The notes beneath the pieces are model-generated. The model had not been told where the DNA came from and made no database searches. It saw only the letters and a list, made by a program, of their open reading frames with translations. Positions 9,377 through 16,261 of a DNA stretch of 64,000 nucleotides are shown piece by piece. This DNA comes from an uncultured virus (IMG/VR IMGVR_UViG_3300002460_002270) (Duplodnaviria; Heunggongvirae; Uroviricota; Caudoviricetes): the IMG/VR virus record IMGVR_UViG_3300002460_002270. One strand, given 5' to 3'. How positions within the stretch are numbered: the stretch's first letter is position 1; each line of letters starts with the position of its first letter. The position numbers and the translations under genes were made by a program.

Positions 9377-9464
9377 GGAGACGTAGACCGCTATGGATGC
9401 GGGCGAGGCTGTAACCCTCGCGGTGCTTTAAGCACCCATCTGGGTTCAATTCCCAGCGTCTCCT
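9377..9464 (+). tRNA. tRNA-Tyr(GTA)
   Basis: GGAGACG/CGTCTCC; CGAGG-CTGTAAC-CCTCG; long variable arm. Confidence 0.85.
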
Positions 9465-9466
9465 TT

Positions 9467-9540
9467 GCTGAGATCGTCCAATCAAGCAGGACGCATGCAT
9501 GTTGCTGCATGAAATGTGGGTGCAAGTCCCACCCAAGGCG
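9467..9540 (+). pseudogene. degenerate tRNA
   Basis: D and T arms present; 8-nt anticodon loop ATGTTGCT; poorly paired acceptor stem. Confidence 0.5.
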
Positions 9541-9546
9541 TCAATC

Positions 9547-9615
9547 GTAGCAGTGGTGAAAAGCATCACACAGGAGAACCAATCCTGGGTTGTAGTATCG
9601 AACCTACCTGCTACG
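9547..9615 (+). tRNA. atypical tRNA-like RNA (nominal anticodon ACC)
   Basis: GTAGCAG/CTGCTAC; GTGA-AAAGCA-TCAC; CAGGA-GAACCAA-TCCTG; A33. Confidence 0.5.
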
Positions 9616-9681
9616 TTAAGTCAGCCATGAGGGATGGCTGTGAGTGTCAGCTGTTAAAGAGGCTGACATATCCCTCACCAC

Positions 9682-9751
9682 CCGGGAGTGGTGTAAAGCA
9701 ACACGGCAGGCATTGGGCCTGCAGATGGAGGGTCGCATCCTTCCTCCTGGA
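9682..9751 (+). tRNA. atypical tRNA-like RNA (nominal anticodon TTG, G3.U70)
   Basis: CCGGGAG/CTCCTGG-A; GTGT-AAAGCA-ACAC; GCAGG-CATTGGG-CCTGC; A33. Confidence 0.55.
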
Positions 9752-9757
9752 CTCATT

Positions 9758-9829
9758 GCCTCCATGGCGTAACTAGAAGCGTTCCTGATTCTTATTCAGG
9801 GGGTGGGGGTGCGATTCCTCCTGGAGGCA
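9758..9829 (+). tRNA. tRNA-Lys(CTT)
   Basis: GCCTCCA/TGGAGGC; CCTGA-TTCTTAT-TCAGG. Confidence 0.8.
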
Positions 9830-9887
9830 TGGTTATCAAGCCGTCCCGACAAGGGAATGTAGAAGACCTGCTGTAAAGCAGGCAAAT

Positions 9888-9958
9888 GCGCTTTTCATAT
9901 AACGGGATTATGTCTAGTTGAAGCCTAGAACATCTCAGTTCGACTCTGAGGGAGCGCA
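9888..9958 (+). tRNA. tRNA-Phe(GAA)
   Basis: TCTAG-TTGAAGC-CTAGA; CTCAG-TTCGACT-CTGAG. Confidence 0.85.
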
Positions 9959-9963
9959 ATTAA

Positions 9964-10035
9964 CCCGTCGTAGCTAACTGGACAGCAAGACTCTTTTAAA
10001 GTCGAGAATGGTGAGTTCGATTCTCCCCGGCGGGA
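9964..10035 (+). tRNA. tRNA-Lys(TTT)
   Basis: CCCGTCG/CGGCGGG; GACT-CTTTTAA-AGTC. Confidence 0.75.
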
Positions 10036-10040
10036 CTTTT

Positions 10041-10113
10041 TCACTCCAAGTATTCCAGCTGAAACGAGCGGCTGTTAACCGCTAAGAGGTGGGGGCAGCA
10101 CCCACGGAGTGAG
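10041..10113 (+). tRNA. tRNA-Asn(GTT)
   Basis: TCACTCC/GGAGTGA; AGCGG-CTGTTAA-CCGCT; T-loop GGCAGCA. Confidence 0.75.
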
Positions 10114-10129
10114 CTTCTTATTTATGCAG

Positions 10130-10474
10130 ATGGAACCCTACGTCTACAAGGCACGCTGCACAAGGGTCATTGACGGAGACACGGTCAATCTTGAGGTTGA
10201 CCTTGGTTTTCACGTCTTTATCAAACAGAGGTTCCGTCTATCGAGGATCGATGCCCCTGAGACGTACGGTGTGAAGAAGGACAGCGATGAGCACGCTGCG
10301 GGAACACTGGCAAAGGAACGACTCACTGAGCTCATCCTTGATAAGGACGTAGTCATAAAGACAGATAGGGACAGAGGCGACAAGTACGGTCGCTACCTCG
10401 TCGAGGTCATCGTCGATGGGACGAATGTGAATGACCTCCTGCTTGAAGAAGGGCTCGTTAAGGTATATTCCTAG
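10130..10474 (+). CDS. thermonuclease (staphylococcal nuclease family)
   Basis: RVIDGDT, RLSRIDAPE, DKYGRYL, NDLLLEEG. Confidence 0.9.
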   Translation: MEPYVYKARCTRVIDGDTVNLEVDLGFHVFIKQRFRLSRIDAPETYGVKKDSDEHAAGTLAKERLTELILDKDVVIKTDRDRGDKYGRYLVEVIVDGTNVNDLLLEEGLVKVYS

Positions 10475-10544
10475 GTGTGGGCTAACGGTAAGCCACCTCG
10501 TTTGGGGCGAGGGTATCATGGAGGTTCGATCCCTCTCACCTAGA
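10471..10544 (+). tRNA. tRNA-Pro(TGG)
   Basis: CTAGGTG/CACCTAG; CCTCG-TTTGGGG-CGAGG; overlaps nuclease stop codon. Confidence 0.9.
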
Positions 10545-10546
10545 TT

Positions 10547-10661
10547 TCAATAGGCGGCCAGCTCCCATGACGAGCTGCGAACGCGTCGATGGCAGACGGG
10601 AAAACGTCATCGATGGTCAGGCTGTGTGAAACTCCGAAATCACACAGCGATCGCCTGTTGA
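10547..10661 (+). ncRNA. candidate four-way-junction structured RNA
   Basis: 11-bp closing stem TCAATAGGCGG/TCGCCTGTTGA enclosing three hairpins. Confidence 0.5.
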
Positions 10662-10665
10662 GCCT

Positions 10666-10738
10666 CTAGACGTGATGTTGGTAGTCAACGGCGGTTCGGA
10701 TCCGTCTGTCATCGGAGGTTCAATTCCTCTCGTCTAGA
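10666..10738 (+). tRNA. tRNA-Pro(CGG)
   Basis: CTAGACG/CGTCTAG; GGCGG-TTCGGAT-CCGTC. Confidence 0.75.
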
Positions 10739-10809
10739 TCGTGCATTGGAATGGCATCTTCCTAATGGGACGACCTTGGTGGTTGTCGGGTCAAACCACC
10801 AAAACTTTT

Positions 10810-10882
10810 GGGGACATAGCTTAGCTGGGAAAGCGCTTGCTCGGCATGCAAGAGAGTGTGGGTTCGACTCCCGCTGTCTCCA
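10810..10882 (+). tRNA. tRNA-Ala(GGC)
   Basis: G3.U70; CTTGC-TCGGCAT-GCAAG (C33). Confidence 0.9.
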
Positions 10883-11200
10883 TCGATTTACATAACATGA
10901 GAATAGAGCTTCATTGCTTAAACGCACATCTGCTTGCATGCAGACATGGGACAGGTCAGAACCGTGGGTGCGTTGTTGTAACGTGCATGATGCTAGCTCC
11001 TGGACGTTCACAGCGCATGTTTAAAGCATGTCAATGCGAGGGTGACCACGCGGACGTATGGGTCCTATGATGGGCGCGGGTGCCCGTCAGGGCCAAATCA
11101 TCTGGGACGATGACGAAGCATGTGATAGACGCGCTTGATAGACCAAAAGACATTGAACATAGACTTTAAGACAACGATGCGTCCAGCAGGGCGCATCATC

Positions 11201-11275
11201 GCCGACGTACACCAATCTGGTAGAGTGAACAGTTTGAGAGACTGTGTAGTGGTGGTTCGAGTCCACTCGTCGGCA
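11201..11275 (+). tRNA. tRNA-Leu(GAG), short variable loop
   Basis: GCCGACG/CGTCGGC-A; ACAGT-TTGAGAG-ACTGT. Confidence 0.85.
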
Positions 11276-11280
11276 TGAAC

Positions 11281-11353
11281 GCCCTTGTAGTCCAACAGTA
11301 GAGATAACTGATTCAAACCCAGTCCAGTGTGGGTGCAACTCCCTCCAGGGGCA
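11281..11353 (+). tRNA. tRNA-Leu(CAA), short variable loop
   Basis: GCCCTTG/CAGGGGC-A; ACTG(A)-TTCAAAC-(C)CAGT. Confidence 0.75.
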
Positions 11354-11354
11354 T
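11328..11354 (+). repeat. 27-bp direct repeat, copy 1
   Basis: TGTGGGTGCAACTCCCTCCAGGGGCAT identical to 13987-14013. Confidence 0.95.
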
Positions 11355-11387
11355 TAACAGTATATACATCTACTGGTATAGTAGATT

Positions 11388-12230
11388 ATGAAAGTTCCAG
11401 TTCAAATTCGAAAACAAATCCCCGTAAAATGTCAATATTGTGACAAACAATTCAAGAATTGTTATTCAGCAGGAGCACATAAACCACATTGCTTGGGAAG
11501 AGGTCACATTCCTACACCCTTAGGGTCAACTGGATGGGCAAAAAATCGGACATCATTTAGCGATGATCGAATTCGCGCCAAAATTAAATCTGATAAAGTT
11601 TTTATTAGAAATTCAAAAGCAAGCAGAGGATATGTTAAACATATCGCTTTAAAGGAAGATTTGTTAAAGAATATCTGCAGTGAATGTAATAATCAGGGAT
11701 ATTGGAATGATAAGACGTTAATACTTCAAATTGACCACATTAACGGTATTCGAGATGATCATCGTTTAGAAAATCTTAGAATGCTTTGCCCAAATTGTCA
11801 CTCTCAAACAGAAACATACTGCGGACGAAGTAAAAAGACCGGACGAATTTCTGACGAGAAAATAATAAAAGCGCTTCATTCTTCAATATCAATTTCAGAC
11901 TGTATAGGAAAATTACGAGGGCGTCACGCACATAGAGTTCAAGTGTTAATGATTCAGAATGGTATTACATTTCCCGAACAGGTTAAAAAGTCTAAAAGAA
12001 AATACGGAGATAGAAAAGCATATTCAAAACATACAAAAACAAAAACGAAAACAATCGATGGACAAAGACTTGAAAAGTTATTTCAATCTGCTATCGATTT
12101 TTCAAAATTTGGATGGTGTCAAAAAGCAAGTAAAATTATAAACATGACGCCTCAAGCTATTTCTCGTTTTATGAAACGTGCATGTCCTAAATTTTATGAA
12201 GAGAAATGTTTCCATCGAAAGTCAAAATGA
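11388..12230 (+). CDS. HNH homing endonuclease with N-terminal Zn finger
   Basis: CQYC...HKPHC; LQIDHINGIRDDHRLENLRMLCPNCHSQT; AT-rich relative to flanks. Confidence 0.9.
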   Translation: MKVPVQIRKQIPVKCQYCDKQFKNCYSAGAHKPHCLGRGHIPTPLGSTGWAKNRTSFSDDRIRAKIKSDKVFIRNSKASRGYVKHIALKEDLLKNICSECNNQGYWNDKTLILQIDHINGIRDDHRLENLRMLCPNCHSQTETYCGRSKKTGRISDEKIIKALHSSISISDCIGKLRGRHAHRVQVLMIQNGITFPEQVKKSKRKYGDRKAYSKHTKTKTKTIDGQRLEKLFQSAIDFSKFGWCQKASKIINMTPQAISRFMKRACPKFYEEKCFHRKSK

Positions 12231-12272
12231 TCAAGCAGAAGTCTGTTGTGGGTTCGACTCCCACCTCAGGCA
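12222..12272 (+). pseudogene. 3' half of a long-variable-arm tRNA-Leu(CAA)
   Basis: TCAAAA-TGATC-AAGCAGAAGTCTGTT-GTGGG-TTCGACT-CCCAC-CTCAGGC-A; no matching 5' half nearby. Confidence 0.7.
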
Positions 12273-12348
12273 TAGTGGCGTTGGCGGTTGTGCCCATTGT
12301 GGCTCCTTCGGAGACCCCGAGGGTGTCCACTTAAATCAACCGCCGTTC

Positions 12349-12424
12349 AGGTCAGGAGCTAGGTCGTAGGGAACGACACCGGCTTCCAACACCGGCGCAA
12401 GGGGTTCGACTCCTCCCTGGCCTG
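12349..12424 (+). tRNA. tRNA-Trp(CCA)
   Basis: AGGTCAG/CTGGCCT-G; CCGG(C)-TTCCAAC-(A)CCGG; atypical D region. Confidence 0.7.
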
Positions 12425-12836
12425 CTAATAGCTGGACACTCTGTTGACAACGCCCCGTTAAGGCGGACCTAACTCAAGGAAGTGATTACCCTAGAGCGGT
12501 CTAAACGTTTGTCTGGCGGCGCTTTGTGGAGACGAGCATAGTCGTCCCGTCAGGTGAGATGGCGATAGCACTTGACGTTAAACCAACAGAAACCGCCACC
12601 CGCAGGACAAAGCCTGCATGTGTCCTTCAGGAAATGAGTTGGACACACATGGGCCCTCGTATGGGACAGCAGCGCTTAAGGCCGACAAATGGAGCTGCGC
12701 TTGCGGATCGGTTCGAGTCCGATAGGGTCCATCCCGTCTCACCTATCATTATGAGCATTGCTCATCACTCAAAGGCGACTGTGAATCGTCGGAGAGCCAG
12801 GGTCAAACTGCGTTGAGGCTAAACGTGGGAGCGGGA
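12425..12836 (+). ncRNA. candidate large structured ncRNA
   Basis: About 410 nt without a credible ORF; many local hairpins and long-range complementarities. Confidence 0.45.
12651..12731 (+). ncRNA. tRNA-like domain lacking D-stem and anticodon loop
   Basis: GGGCCCT/AGGGTCC-A (G3.U70); T-arm ATCGG-TTCGAGT-CCGAT. Confidence 0.65.
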
Positions 12837-12840
12837 CCAA

Positions 12841-12917
12841 GCTACTGTAGACCAACTTGGTAGGAGTCGCTCGTTTCAGACGCGAGAATCGTGTGAGTTC
12901 GAATCTCACCAGCAGCA
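12841..12917 (+). tRNA. tRNA-Leu(CAG), short variable loop
   Basis: CTCGT-TTCAGAC-GCGAG; GTGAG-TTCGAAT-CTCAC. Confidence 0.85.
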
Positions 12918-12952
12918 TATGGGTGTGCCGCAGCCCTAAAATGCGGCATCAC

Positions 12953-13025
12953 GCTCTCGTAGACCAATAGCAGAGTCACATGTCTTAGAAGCATGGTGTT
13001 GGGGATGCAACTTCCTCCGAGAGCA
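12953..13025 (+). tRNA. tRNA-Leu(TAG), short variable loop
   Basis: GCTCTCG/CGAGAGC-A; CATGT-CTTAGAA-GCATG. Confidence 0.8.
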
Positions 13026-13028
13026 TAT

Positions 13029-13101
13029 GCCGTTGTAGACCAACAGTAGAGTCAGGACACTTAAAGCGTTCGTAGTGTGGGTGCAAATCCCTCCAACGGT
13101 A
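13029..13101 (+). tRNA. tRNA-Leu(TAA), short variable loop
   Basis: GCCGTTG/CAACGGT-A; GGAC(A)-CTTAAAG-(C)GTTC. Confidence 0.75.
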
Positions 13102-13137
13102 TTTACAGTAGGCGTGTAATCTGTTATTTTGAACTAT

Positions 13138-13983
13138 ATGAAGGTTCAAAATAGAAAGCAAACTCCTACAAAATGTAATCATTGTAATAGAGTGTTCAAA
13201 AATGCTTATTCTGCAGGAGCGCACAAACCTCATTGCTTAGGTACGGGCTACAAATTTTCTACGATAAACTGTGCATGGAGCAGTGGCAAAAACGCTTATA
13301 ACGACTGTAGAGTACGTTCACTTGTATCAAAAGATGAATTATTTGTCAAAAACTCTAAAGCTAAGAGAGGACATATAAAACGTATAGCATTGACAGAAGG
13401 GTTGTTGCAAAATGTATGTGCATTATGTGGTCTTAAAGATAGCTGGAATGAGAAAATGATAGTTCTTCAAATAGATCATGTTAACGGAATTAGCGATGAT
13501 CATAGATTAGAAAATCTTCGAATGTTATGCCCAAATTGTCATTCTCAAACAAAAACATATTGCCGTAAAAATAGAAAGAGAGAATATCTTACAGACGAAC
13601 AAATTTTAGATGTAATAAAAATTGCAAATAATATATTTCATGTCACACAAATACTTGGAATTTCACCAAATAACACGGGACGAATCAAAAGCTTAATGAT
13701 TGAAAATTGTCTTACATTTTCAAGCTATGAAATAGAAAGAACACAGTTAATTCAAAAACAAACGATTATAAAAGAAAAGAAGCTTCGAGGGCAAAAAAAG
13801 CAAATACTATTAGAAAAGTTAATCAAATCTGACATTCAATTTGAAAAATATGGATGGGCAGTTAAGGCATCAAAAATTTTAGAAATTACGCCACAAAATG
13901 TATCAAGATGGATGAAACGCATGGCACCTGAGTTTTATGAACAAAGATGCTTTAAGCGACGAAGTCAAGCACGTGCTGCTTAA
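13138..13983 (+). CDS. HNH homing endonuclease, paralogue of 11388-12230
   Basis: YSAGAHKPHCLG and LQIDHVNGISDDHRLENLRMLCPNCHSQT nearly identical to first copy; AT-rich. Confidence 0.9.
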   Translation: MKVQNRKQTPTKCNHCNRVFKNAYSAGAHKPHCLGTGYKFSTINCAWSSGKNAYNDCRVRSLVSKDELFVKNSKAKRGHIKRIALTEGLLQNVCALCGLKDSWNEKMIVLQIDHVNGISDDHRLENLRMLCPNCHSQTKTYCRKNRKREYLTDEQILDVIKIANNIFHVTQILGISPNNTGRIKSLMIENCLTFSSYEIERTQLIQKQTIIKEKKLRGQKKQILLEKLIKSDIQFEKYGWAVKASKILEITPQNVSRWMKRMAPEFYEQRCFKRRSQARAA

Positions 13984-14012
13984 GCATGTGGGTGCAACTC
14001 CCTCCAGGGGCA
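13965..14012 (+). pseudogene. 3' half of a long-variable-arm tRNA-Leu-like gene
   Basis: TCAAGC-ACGTG-C-TGCTTAAGCA-T-GTGGG-TGCAACT-CCCTC-CAGGGGC-A. Confidence 0.7.
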
Positions 14013-14013
14013 T
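13987..14013 (+). repeat. 27-bp direct repeat, copy 2
   Basis: Identical to 11328-11354. Confidence 0.95.
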
Positions 14014-14072
14014 CAAAATTTTCTCTTCAAAGCTAAGAAAGTTCTTGGCGTGGCTCGATACTTACAACTATC

Positions 14073-14561
14073 ATGGTGAAGGTTAGAATCACAAGCAAGG
14101 GAATCATCCAAGAGCCGGGCGAGGGCACAGACCTGGGTTCAGGATTGCTGACAATCGACAATGCTAATCACACGGGCGTGCTTCCATTCAAGCAGACTGT
14201 GCAGGCTAAGACAGCTGACTTCACCGTTACGAATGCGAATGCCGGCGTGATGACGATCTCAGGAAGCCTTGTCATCACGGGCACGATGCCTGCTGCTGCT
14301 GATGCTGCTGGTGCGATATTCACGTTCAGGAACCTCTCAGCGGGTCATGAGCACACGCTGACGGGTTCTGACGCTGGTGTCGAGATGTTCAGCGAGCGCA
14401 TCAACTCAATCGGTGCAGGTGGGACATCTGCAATAACAGGCTCTAAGGGGTCACGCTTGAGGCTTGACACGATCGTTGGTTCATCTGTCACGCTGCTAAG
14501 TGACGGCGTCAATTACCTCATCCTTGGCCGCTCGGGCTCAATTACTCTCGATCAGGCCTAA
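14073..14561 (+). CDS. putative virion structural/decoration protein
   Basis: Gly/Thr/Ala-rich beta composition (KTADFTVT...SSVTLLSDG); TACTTA upstream. Confidence 0.5.
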   Translation: MVKVRITSKGIIQEPGEGTDLGSGLLTIDNANHTGVLPFKQTVQAKTADFTVTNANAGVMTISGSLVITGTMPAAADAAGAIFTFRNLSAGHEHTLTGSDAGVEMFSERINSIGAGGTSAITGSKGSRLRLDTIVGSSVTLLSDGVNYLILGRSGSITLDQA

Positions 14562-14576
14562 GACAACCCTTCATAC

Positions 14577-14647
14577 ACTCCTGTGATGTAATGGAAGCAT
14601 GCGTGGCTTCGAACCACGTCATGGGGGTTCAAGTCCCTCCAGGGGTG
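14577..14647 (+). tRNA. tRNA-Arg(TCG)
   Basis: CGTGG-CTTCGAA-CCACG. Confidence 0.85.
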
Positions 14648-14687
14648 CTCTCTTGCAACATCCAGCGCGAGCGCGTATTTAGCTAGG

Positions 14688-15635
14688 ATGGACGTTATCA
14701 GGCAGTTCCTCGTCCTTGAGGCCCGTAAGTGGATCGATGACTTCATACGCTCCTGGAGGGAGATACACGCCACTGGTGGGAAGCTTGGCGACGTCGCAAA
14801 GGAGTTTGGTATAACGCCTGAGGCAGCTGCTGCCCGGGCAACGAAGCTCAGAAAGATGAGCAATGATGCGAGCTTAGAGCTGTCAAAGCAGCAGCGCGCT
14901 GACTACAAGCTTCCCAAGTTTGCGAGGGGTCCAAGCGTAGAGACAGGCATGCGTGACGATCCCCAGCTTGAGCTCATGCCAGCTGCGATGACGCGTCAGG
15001 CACCTGAACTCATCGACATCATCAGGACGCTCAATGCGGCCAGCGGCTACACTGACGCTGCAAAGAAGCTAGGGATGAACCCATCAACGCTGAGGGGCAT
15101 TGCAAGCGACCTTAGGGACAAGGGCTATCCCGTGAAGACATTCAAGCGTGGACGACCTCCAGTTGTCGCAGGCTCGGTCACAAAGAGAAAGTTCATTGAG
15201 CTGTGGAACTCCGCTGGTAGCCCGCAGCTCGCTGCAGAACTTCTCAACTCAGAGGGCGGAAGCTTCACTGCCCAGAGTGCCTCGGCATTTGCGACAAAGC
15301 TGAGGGAGAAGGGGTTTGACCTGCAGAGCTTCACGCACCTAAGGGGTCGCAAGCGTGCCGGTGAGAGGCCCACGCCTGATGACGTCCTAAGGGACCTCGA
15401 GGCTGAGATGATGATCGACGACGGGCCCGATGAGCTTGACGATGGGGCGGACATCGATGACGAGGCTCAGGACGAAGACGAGGATGATGACACAGAGCGT
15501 GAGGCAAGGAAGGCCATGTTCGGTGACCTCGATGACGAGCTCGATGATGACAGCCCAGACGAAGATGGGCCCGATGACCTGGATGATGAGCTCGATGATG
15601 ACTTCGATGAGCTTGATGACGATGACCTAGAGTAG
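14688..15635 (+). CDS. triple HTH-repeat protein with poly-Asp/Glu tail
   Basis: Three units F/I..W/L...A..LG....A..LR.KG...F.RG; very acidic C-terminal region of about 75 aa. Confidence 0.7.
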   Translation: MDVIRQFLVLEARKWIDDFIRSWREIHATGGKLGDVAKEFGITPEAAAARATKLRKMSNDASLELSKQQRADYKLPKFARGPSVETGMRDDPQLELMPAAMTRQAPELIDIIRTLNAASGYTDAAKKLGMNPSTLRGIASDLRDKGYPVKTFKRGRPPVVAGSVTKRKFIELWNSAGSPQLAAELLNSEGGSFTAQSASAFATKLREKGFDLQSFTHLRGRKRAGERPTPDDVLRDLEAEMMIDDGPDELDDGADIDDEAQDEDEDDDTEREARKAMFGDLDDELDDDSPDEDGPDDLDDELDDDFDELDDDDLE

Positions 15636-15637
15636 GG

Positions 15638-15709
15638 GTCTCTGTGGTCCAATGGATAAGACGCATGCCTGCGAAGCATGCAATGTGGGTTCAACTCCCG
15701 CCAGAGACA
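15638..15709 (+). tRNA. tRNA-Arg(GCG)
   Basis: GTCTCTG/CAGAGAC; CATGC-CTGCGAA-GCATG. Confidence 0.9.
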
Positions 15710-15712
15710 TTT

Positions 15713-15783
15713 GCAGCTGTGATGTAACGGTAGCATGTCACCGTGCCAAGGTGGACGTGTGGGTTCAAGTCCCGCCAGCTGCT
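15713..15783 (+). tRNA. tRNA-Gly(GCC)
   Basis: GCAGCTG/CAGCTGC-T; TCACC-GTGCCAA-GGTGG. Confidence 0.9.
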
Positions 15784-15818
15784 GCACAGTTATGCAGGCG
15801 GCCCAGGGCCTGCAATCT

Positions 15819-15891
15819 GCAGGCGTAACGTAAAGGCAGCGTGGCGGTCCTACACACCGCATCTGTGGGGGTTCGACTCCCTCCGCCTGCA
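15819..15891 (+). tRNA. tRNA-Val(TAC)
   Basis: GCGGT-CCTACAC-ACCGC (C33). Confidence 0.85.
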
Positions 15892-15903
15892 TGGAGGAGA
15901 TGC

Positions 15904-16113
15904 ATGATAACAAAGAGACACGTGGATGATGCAACGCAACCGTGGGAGGAACGATACAGGAGGCTTGAGGCACATCACATAGAGGAGACGTCAGAGCTAT
16001 ACGCTGAGATCAAGAGGCTCAGGAAGCTAGCACGCACTCCGGTGTCCCAGGCCCTTGATGCGGCCATCGTCATCACAGCATTCATCTTCGTGCTTGCAGC
16101 AATCTTTTTCTAA
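15904..16113 (+). CDS. small membrane-anchored protein
   Basis: GGAGGAG SD; C-terminal hydrophobic helix. Confidence 0.55.
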   Translation: MITKRHVDDATQPWEERYRRLEAHHIEETSELYAEIKRLRKLARTPVSQALDAAIVITAFIFVLAAIFF

Positions 16114-16115
16114 GA

Positions 16116-16184
16116 GGGGAAGCCATAGGGGTGGCGTCTGGTCTTGCACACCGGAACGGGCGGGATCGTTACCCGTCTTCTCCA
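16116..16184 (+). tRNA. tRNA-Ala(TGC), shortened D-arm
   Basis: GGGGAAG/CTTCTCC-A (G3.U70); CTGGT-CTTGCAC-ACCGG. Confidence 0.7.
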
Positions 16185-16187
16185 TCT

Positions 16188-16258
16188 GCGGTCCTAGCTC
16201 AACGGTAGAGCACCGGTTCGACACACCGGCGACGTGGGTCCAACTCCCTCGGTCCGCA
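16188..16258 (+). tRNA. tRNA-Val(GAC)
   Basis: CCGGT-TCGACAC-ACCGG (C33); canonical D-arm. Confidence 0.8.
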
Positions 16259-16261
16259 TGA

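Noticed and set aside
11281..11353. Reading this tRNA as an opal (TCA) suppressor
   Set aside because: The stem register ACTG/CAGT centres the loop on CAA.
11354..12230. HNH gene as a tRNA intron
   Set aside because: The upstream tRNA is complete, and its 5' strand GCCCTTG does not pair with the downstream CTCAGGC; no group I core is visible.
12425..12650. RNase P-like phrase CAACAGAAACCGCC and group I-like CATAGTC
   Set aside because: No GAGGAAAGTCC P4 strand and no convincing P7 pairing; kept only as an unassigned ncRNA candidate.
8388..12816. ORFs overlapping tRNA or ncRNA regions (8388-8828, 9516-9776, 12526-12816)
   Set aside because: They run through cloverleafs and have no coding signals.
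12766..12817. His-like stem-loop GGCGA-CTGTGAA-TCGTC
   Set aside because: No D-arm and weak T and acceptor arms; cannot be called a tRNA.
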